In this document: in pieces, positions 58,016-64,000 of the stretch
Layout: every line of letters begins with the position of its first letter
How positions within the stretch are numbered: position 1 is the stretch's first letter
DNA from: an uncultured Nitrososphaeraceae archaeon
Lineage (GTDB): Archaea > Thermoproteota > Nitrososphaeria > Nitrososphaerales > Nitrososphaeraceae
Direction of reading: 5' to 3'
Length of the DNA: 64,000 nt
Assembly (NCBI GenBank): GCA_963779615.1
Contig: CAVZZA010000005.1
Span: 96,001 to 160,000 of the forward strand
Program-made: the position numbers and the translations under genes
Notes under the pieces: model-generated
What the model was told of the DNA's origin: nothing
What the model saw: only the letters and a program-made list of their open reading frames with translations
Database searches by the model: none

Positions 58016-58580
58016 ATGCCTCAAACAAAGCCGATGGTAAGCATAGAAAATGTCGTGGCATCTGCAACGGTTAATCAAACTATAAACTTAAATCTTATTA
58101 CACAAATTTTTCCAGATGTAGAATATCATCCAGATCAATTTCCAGGTCTTGTATTCAGACTTAAAGCGCCTAAAACAGCTACGCTGATTTTCAGTTCAGG
58201 CAAAATGGTATGCACGGGAGCCAAGTCAGAAGAACAAGCCATAAAAGCAGTAAAAAATGTTGTCCAAAAATTAAGGAAGGGAGGCATACCAGTAGAGAAC
58301 GATCCGATAATAGAAATTCAGAATATTGTGGCTTCTGCAAGTTTGGGAGGAAAAATCCATCTAGAATTGGCAGGCTAGAATATTGCCTAGAAGTATGTAT
58401 GAGCCCGAACAATTTCCAGGTTTAATTCACAGGATGCTCGACCCTAAAACAGTAATTTTATTGTTTGCAAGTGGAAAACTGGTTTGTACTGGGGCTAAAA
58501 AAGAAACTGAAGTATACAGGGCGGTAACAAATCTACACATATTACTAGAAGAAAAGAATTTAATGATTTATGAAAGTTAA
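58016..58580 (+). pseudogene. tbp: TATA-box binding protein split by a +1 frameshift at 58373/4 (real lesion or sequencing error)
   Basis: Both TBP repeats present (ENVVAS, Y.P.QFPGL, IFSSGK.VCTGAK); removing one G joins the two ORFs into 187 aa. Confidence 0.9.
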
Positions 58581-59203
58581 GTTTTTTCTAACTCATTTTT
58601 CAGTTCATGGAAATTTTTTCCATTGATACGGTTGTTTTGAATCAAAATATTAAAAATCTCACTCATAGAGATGATTTTATGTATTTTTATGCCATGTTTT
58701 TTCAATAAACCTCCAGCCCCTTGCTCCCGGTCTACAAACACTAATACATCCCTTATCACTGACTTGTCTTTTAGTAATTCAATAGAGGAAATTAGAGAGT
58801 TACCCGTAGTCATAACATCATCTACAAATAATATTTTAGAATTTGGAATTAGGTTCCCCTCATAAGTTTTCTGAGTGCCATACTGCTTTATGCTTTTTCT
58901 AACATATAGATGAGGTTTAAAAACCTCATAGGCAAGGGAAGAACCAAAAACGGTACCTGAAGTTGGAATAGAGCAAACATAGTCAAAATTATCCAAACCA
59001 ATATCAAGCATAGCACACTTTTTTAATAAATAAACGCTCTTTCTAAAATATACTGGATAACTTTGTAAAAGCCTAAGGTCAAGATAAAATTTACTTTTTT
59101 TACCACTTGACAAGGTAAAATCGCCTACCTTTATGGCTTCATTTTCATACAAAAACAAAATCAAATCATTTAATACAGATATTTTGCTAGCCTCCTCAGA
59201 CAT
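58577..59203 (-). CDS. pyrE: orotate phosphoribosyltransferase
   Basis: [38 protein letters not shown]. Confidence 0.95.
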   Translation of the reverse strand: MSEEASKISVLNDLILFLYENEAIKVGDFTLSSGKKSKFYLDLRLLQSYPVYFRKSVYLLKKCAMLDIGLDNFDYVCSIPTSGTVFGSSLAYEVFKPHLYVRKSIKQYGTQKTYEGNLIPNSKILFVDDVMTTGNSLISSIELLKDKSVIRDVLVFVDREQGAGGLLKKHGIKIHKIISMSEIFNILIQNNRINGKNFHELKNELEKT

Positions 59204-59264
59204 ATCTGTTCAAATTGACATCGTTTTATTTTATATGTTGCCTTTTTGTTAATACTGTTAAAGA

Positions 59265-60386
59265 ATGCCAGAAATATGGTTGGGATATGGAGATTCCGAA
59301 GTTATTCTAGACATTAAATATGAAAATATCCTGGACAACAGTAAATCAGATTTTCTTCTGTTGGATAATGAATCTCTAAGTTCAGAATTAGAAAAAAAAA
59401 TTCAATTAAAAGATTCAACACTGATTCTTAACTACAACCCATTCTTACACATGATACCCATTCTAAGGCATATCCATGAAACAAAGAAGAAACTCGAAAT
59501 GAAAAATGTTGAAATGAATACATTATCAAAAAACATTCCTTTAAAAATTAAAAGGGAGCTAAACGATAAAGGAATATCAATCAACAGGATAGAAAATAAC
59601 GAAGTTTTAAGCAAGGCAAAAACATTCGAGAATATAATAGTACTGGAAAAAATAGAATATGATCCTTTTTTTGGCTATAAAGGCGCACCGACTGAATTGA
59701 CAAGAACCAGTTTTCCAAATGAAATGGATCAGGCATACTCAACCATTATTGACAAGTTTCCACAGCCAGGAATCAAATCGGAGCCTTTGAACATTTCATT
59801 TGAAGTTTCAAAAAAACTAAATTTCGAATCTATTAATGTGATAGCAAACAATGATGGGATAAATTCCATCTATACAGGGGGTATTGAAAATTCATTTAAA
59901 AAAACAATTGAAGAATTTGATAAAATATCAAAAAAAGAAGTTGAAAAGGCAAAATCTTTGTTTGTTTCGGGGAACAGTAATTTTAATATGCAAACTACTT
60001 TAGGCAATAGTTTAAATTTATTGTGGAATAACCATCAAATTGTAAAAGAAAAGGGTATCGTGATATTATTATCTGAAAATAAAATGGGTTTAGGAAATGG
60101 GGCCTTGCTACAATTCATCGAAAACAGACTTGATCAGTCAGGATTAAGAAAGTATCAATACCTCAAAGATTTAGAACACCTTAATTTTTTAAATCTAATT
60201 AAAGATAAACTTGAAATTTATGCTATTTCTTCATTACCCAAAGTATATCTCGACAAATTAGGGATAAAAACGATTTCAAGAGTGAAGGAGGGTCTTGAAA
60301 ATATTTTAACAAAACATGGCAGAAACTCAAAAATTTTAATTATACCGAATTCAGAACTAACTCACGTGATGGAACAAAATAATTAA
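59265..60386 (+). CDS. degenerate LarA/lactate-racemase-like (DUF2088) protein
   Basis: N-terminal L.YG, FFGYKGA, V...G.VILLSE...GLG, C-terminal I.IIP pattern. Confidence 0.6.
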   Translation: MPEIWLGYGDSEVILDIKYENILDNSKSDFLLLDNESLSSELEKKIQLKDSTLILNYNPFLHMIPILRHIHETKKKLEMKNVEMNTLSKNIPLKIKRELNDKGISINRIENNEVLSKAKTFENIIVLEKIEYDPFFGYKGAPTELTRTSFPNEMDQAYSTIIDKFPQPGIKSEPLNISFEVSKKLNFESINVIANNDGINSIYTGGIENSFKKTIEEFDKISKKEVEKAKSLFVSGNSNFNMQTTLGNSLNLLWNNHQIVKEKGIVILLSENKMGLGNGALLQFIENRLDQSGLRKYQYLKDLEHLNFLNLIKDKLEIYAISSLPKVYLDKLGIKTISRVKEGLENILTKHGRNSKILIIPNSELTHVMEQNN

Positions 60387-60464
60387 CATTATTAATATAC
60401 AAGTCATGAAAGAATCACAAGGTTATTATCCTTTATGCCTTAATTTAATATGAATTATATATAA

Positions 60465-61784
60465 ATGAAAAATGAAGACCTTTATTATATAATAACTTTA
60501 GAATTAGGAATTGCCATTTTAGACACAGGTAAAAGTGTAATTTACTTTAACAAATTTAAGGATCCGATAAACTCTCACGAGAAATTCAAGAATAGGGATT
60601 ATGATGAGATTCTGGGTAGTATCGAGTTTTTGGACAAATACAAGAACAGTAAAATTTTAACAAATATTCCTGAAGCAACTAGCTTATTAAAAAATAAAGG
60701 TTTTGAATGGATAGAAAAAATATCTCCTCCAACAGAAAGATTTATACAAATTAATAAAATAAATTTTTATCTGCAATCAAATCAATTTTCAAATGAAAAA
60801 GAAATAATAAATGATTTGAGGGAATTTTCCTTAAAATGGTCCTCTTTAAGGGTACAGGAGGCATCAGAACAGCTTGATTTACACATAAGTCAATCCATCA
60901 ATGCGTTAGATGAGATAGACAAAATATCAAATACGCTGGGTACGAGAATGAGGGAATGGTATGGATTGCACTTTCCAGAACTTGACAATCTTTTGCAAAA
61001 CGCTATTACGTATTCGTTAATAGTAACGGGTTGTGGTAATAGAGACGACATAACCAAGGATTTTTTGGAAACAATTGACATTCCAGAAAACAAAATTGAC
61101 ATAATTCTCGAGGTGTCCAAGAGAAGCAGGGGTGGCAAGATCACAGAACAGAATTTGTTAATTGTTCAAAATATAGCCCAACAGGTAATAGCATTAAATA
61201 AGATAAGAAAGAATTTAGAAGAACACATTGATACTTCAATGGAGGAGATTGCGCCTAATGTCAAAGGATTACTCACAGCTGCGGTAGGGGCAAGGCTAAT
61301 TTCAAAGGCAGGTAGTTTGAAAAGACTGTCCTCACTATCAGCAAGTACAATTCAAATAATGGGCGCAGAAAAGGCCTTGTTTAGAACTTTGAAAACAGGA
61401 TCAAATCCACCAAAGCACGGAATTCTATTTCAACATCCTGTTATCCACTCAGCTCCCAAATGGCAGAGAGGGAAGATGGCAAGAGCAGTTGCAGCGAAAA
61501 CCGCCATTGCAGCAAGGTTGGATATTTATGGAAAAAATCCAGAGATTAATCAGGCCCTCTCCAACAAACTAAATGACAGGATAACTGAAATTCAGGATAA
61601 ATACAAGGAACCCCCCACCATCGAACAAAGAAAACCATCTACAAGAAATGAAAAAAGGTTTGGATTTGATAGAAACGCCAGAGGTAAGGGTGACAGAAAC
61701 TGGAAAGGTAAAGGAAAGAGCGATGACTCAAAGTTCAAGAGAAATAAATTTAAAAAAAGGTATCACAAATCAAATAAAAAATGA
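60465..61784 (+). CDS. nop5: box C/D sRNP protein Nop5 (Nop56/58)
   Basis: REWYGLHFPEL, APN, ASTIQIMGAEKALF, PKHGILF. Confidence 0.96.
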   Translation: MKNEDLYYIITLELGIAILDTGKSVIYFNKFKDPINSHEKFKNRDYDEILGSIEFLDKYKNSKILTNIPEATSLLKNKGFEWIEKISPPTERFIQINKINFYLQSNQFSNEKEIINDLREFSLKWSSLRVQEASEQLDLHISQSINALDEIDKISNTLGTRMREWYGLHFPELDNLLQNAITYSLIVTGCGNRDDITKDFLETIDIPENKIDIILEVSKRSRGGKITEQNLLIVQNIAQQVIALNKIRKNLEEHIDTSMEEIAPNVKGLLTAAVGARLISKAGSLKRLSSLSASTIQIMGAEKALFRTLKTGSNPPKHGILFQHPVIHSAPKWQRGKMARAVAAKTAIAARLDIYGKNPEINQALSNKLNDRITEIQDKYKEPPTIEQRKPSTRNEKRFGFDRNARGKGDRNWKGKGKSDDSKFKRNKFKKRYHKSNKK

Positions 61785-61843
61785 CGAGTGATAAATTATA
61801 TGAATGTCAAAATCATAACAATTAAAGGCAAAGGTAGAGTATA

Positions 61844-62557
61844 TTGAACCAATTACAAATTCAAAAAAGATATGATAACGGCTCTTATGTGATTTTAACA
61901 GATAACGCAAACGGAAAGTTTCTCGCGACACAGAATCTTATTGAGGGCAATAGTGTATATGGCGAAAAAATAATAAAGTTTGATGATATAGAGTATAGAC
62001 TATGGGATCCATTTAGAAGCAAGCTCGCAGGAGCAATAATGAAAGGTCTTAAAGAAAACCCTATTAAAGAATCTTTGAGAGTATTGTACTTGGGAGCATC
62101 AACTGGTACCACGGTCAGCCACATATCAGACATCATAGGAAACAATGGAATAATATTTCCGGTAGAACCGTCTGTTAGAGTAGCAAGGGAGTTATTGGAG
62201 AATGTTTGCTCAAAAAGGAAAAACATAATTCCAATATTATCAGACGCAAGAAATTATTTTAAATACTATGGGTATTTTGGTATTGTTGATATTGTCTATT
62301 CTGACATAGCACAACCAGATCAGACAATGATAGCTATAGACAACTGCAAAAGTTATTTAAAAGATAACGGTGATCTGTTAATAATCATTAAAACAAGAAG
62401 CATAGACGTATTGTCGGATCCAAAAATAGTTACTCAAAATGAAGCAAAAAAACTAGAAGACAACAATTTTACCGTAGTTCAAACAATCAATCTTGAGCCA
62501 TTTGAAAAAGATCATGCCCTTATACATGCAAAGTTCAAGAAGGATAGCAACTCTTAA
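61844..62557 (+). CDS. flpA: fibrillarin-like 2'-O-methyltransferase
   Basis: YRLWDPFRSKLA, LYLGASTGTTVSH, DIAQPDQ. Confidence 0.97.
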   Translation: MNQLQIQKRYDNGSYVILTDNANGKFLATQNLIEGNSVYGEKIIKFDDIEYRLWDPFRSKLAGAIMKGLKENPIKESLRVLYLGASTGTTVSHISDIIGNNGIIFPVEPSVRVARELLENVCSKRKNIIPILSDARNYFKYYGYFGIVDIVYSDIAQPDQTMIAIDNCKSYLKDNGDLLIIIKTRSIDVLSDPKIVTQNEAKKLEDNNFTVVQTINLEPFEKDHALIHAKFKKDSNS

Positions 62558-62644
62558 AGCACCATAAGTAAATGGTTTTATATCTAAAATTTTGTTGTTG
62601 ATTCTATTGTCGAAAGAAAAGGAAGGGTTTTGGTTTATACATCA

Positions 62645-63337
62645 TCATTCCAAAGACGGTATTTCTTTAACACATAGTTTAGTTTGGGCATTTTGACCTA
62701 GAATTTCCTTTATTGGTTTCCAAGAATATCTGACATAGTCTTTAGAACTCTTGCCAAAATCACTTTCTCGGATAAACCGTTTTGTTTTAGGATCAGAAGG
62801 ATAGCCTGAACCAAAATCATTGTTAATGGACTTCTTTAGCTTTGCGATTTCACTGTCCCTGGTTACTTTTGCTATAATGGATGCACAAGACACAAAAATG
62901 TTATCCAAATCTGCTTTGTGATATGAATAAATGGAAATTTTTTTATTGGTTATATTTCTCTTGATTTCCTGTTGAAACCTATATGGATTTACGTCGCATG
63001 AATCAACAATTATTTTGTCGGCATGTATATTATCTGCCACAACAGTCATGAATTTTGACTCAAGCTTATTCAAGCCATTTGATTTTACAAATTTGTCAAT
63101 TGTGGAGCAGTTAACCTTGCATATGAAAATAGAGTCGCAAATGTCAAATATTTTATCAAACAGTGCCTCCCTTTTTTTTGGGTGTGTTTTTTTGGAATCT
63201 GTGATATTCATGTTTTTTAACAAGTCAATTTTCCTTGAATCAAATGAAATCCCTGCGATAACCATTGGACCTATTATGGAACCTCTCCCTGCTTCATCTA
63301 TTCCGCCCATGAACAATTGGTAATGCTTTAAATACAA
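62645..63337 (-). CDS. rnhB: ribonuclease HII
   Basis: GIDEAGRG..IGP, DSKK, ASIIAKVTRD, GSGYPSDP. Confidence 0.97.
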   Translation of the reverse strand: MYLKHYQLFMGGIDEAGRGSIIGPMVIAGISFDSRKIDLLKNMNITDSKKTHPKKREALFDKIFDICDSIFICKVNCSTIDKFVKSNGLNKLESKFMTVVADNIHADKIIVDSCDVNPYRFQQEIKRNITNKKISIYSYHKADLDNIFVSCASIIAKVTRDSEIAKLKKSINNDFGSGYPSDPKTKRFIRESDFGKSSKDYVRYSWKPIKEILGQNAQTKLCVKEIPSLE

Positions 63338-63367
63338 AATTATATAATAAATATTATTTTCAAATTA

Positions 63368-64000
63368 ATGAAAGTGATTTATACTTCTTCCCCTTCCCCT
63401 AACAATAATAGTGAAACTAACCATCACACAGACCATTGCAAAAAAAATTGGTCCTTTGCATCCGAAGGCGATACAAAGTTTTTAGTTCCCTCACCTTCAT
63501 TAGAAGAAAAAGAGCCTTCAAAATTTCCTGTTTTTTTTAACCCTGCCGCCAAATTTAATAGGGATATTTCAATACACATCTATAGAACCTTTATAAACAA
63601 TAAACCTGAAAAAAATACTTCCTTTGTTGATGCAATGACAGGATCTGGGACAAGAGGCTTGCGGGTTGCTAACGAAATACCAAGGATCAACAGAATATTT
63701 TTCAATGACTTTAATTCCTTCTCAATCCACATTTCCAAAATCAATGCCGTATTAAACAATGTCTATAACAAATGCAATTTTTATAACAAAGAAATATGTG
63801 ATTTTCTGTCAACCGAATTTAACTTTGAAAAACGAGCAACAATCGTGGATGTTGATCCTTTTGGCACCCCTGCGCCATATTTAGACTGCCTTTTAAGGGC
63901 CGTCGAAAACGGAGGTTTGATTTCTGTTACTGCTACGGATACTGCTGTCTTATGCGGGGTTTATCCAAAGGTTTGCTACAGAAAATATTATGGAAATCCG
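63368..64000 (+). CDS. trm1: tRNA (guanine-N2)-dimethyltransferase (3' truncated by window edge; not in ORF track)
   Basis: Hand translation gives VFFNPAAKFNRDISI, DAMTGSGTRGLR, DVDPFGTPAPYLD, VTATD. Confidence 0.93.
   Translation, partial: MKVIYTSSPSPNNNSETNHHTDHCKKNWSFASEGDTKFLVPSPSLEEKEPSKFPVFFNPAAKFNRDISIHIYRTFINNKPEKNTSFVDAMTGSGTRGLRVANEIPRINRIFFNDFNSFSIHISKINAVLNNVYNKCNFYNKEICDFLSTEFNFEKRATIVDVDPFGTPAPYLDCLLRAVENGGLISVTATDTAVLCGVYPKVCYRKYYGNP

Overview
AT-rich archaeal chromosome segment. The 16S/23S sequences, gene content and IS families point to an ammonia-oxidising Nitrososphaerota archaeon, probably Nitrososphaeraceae and possibly Ca. Nitrosocosmicus; this is recognition, not a database match. 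The window is mostly core genome: bioB-bioF, a nucleotidyltransferase/LLM/thiolase/DUF35 cluster, an intron-containing tRNA-Asn, the rpl3-rpl6 ribosomal cluster, psmA, purC, ilvD, a minus-strand 16S-23S operon with a ~1 kb tRNA-free spacer, hemL, mtaB, an FtsZ-like gene, tbp, pyrE, nop5-fibrillarin, rnhB and trm1 (partial). An accessory zone (~23.6-42 kb) holds decayed IS6, IS630 and IS5-type elements, a minisatellite, a PII paralogue, DpsL, UbiD and HtrA. The main oddities are: (1) two tandem genes for tiny secreted, Met-rich, sequon-dense peptides sharing an identical 135-bp promoter plus signal-peptide cassette; (2) a 786-bp inverted repeat of a dead IS that extends 18 bp beyond the IS end; (3) a single-base frameshift in TBP; (4) a non-canonical 27/28 tRNA intron; (5) a motif shared by the rRNA leader and spacer; (6) an uncalled 53-aa membrane microprotein.
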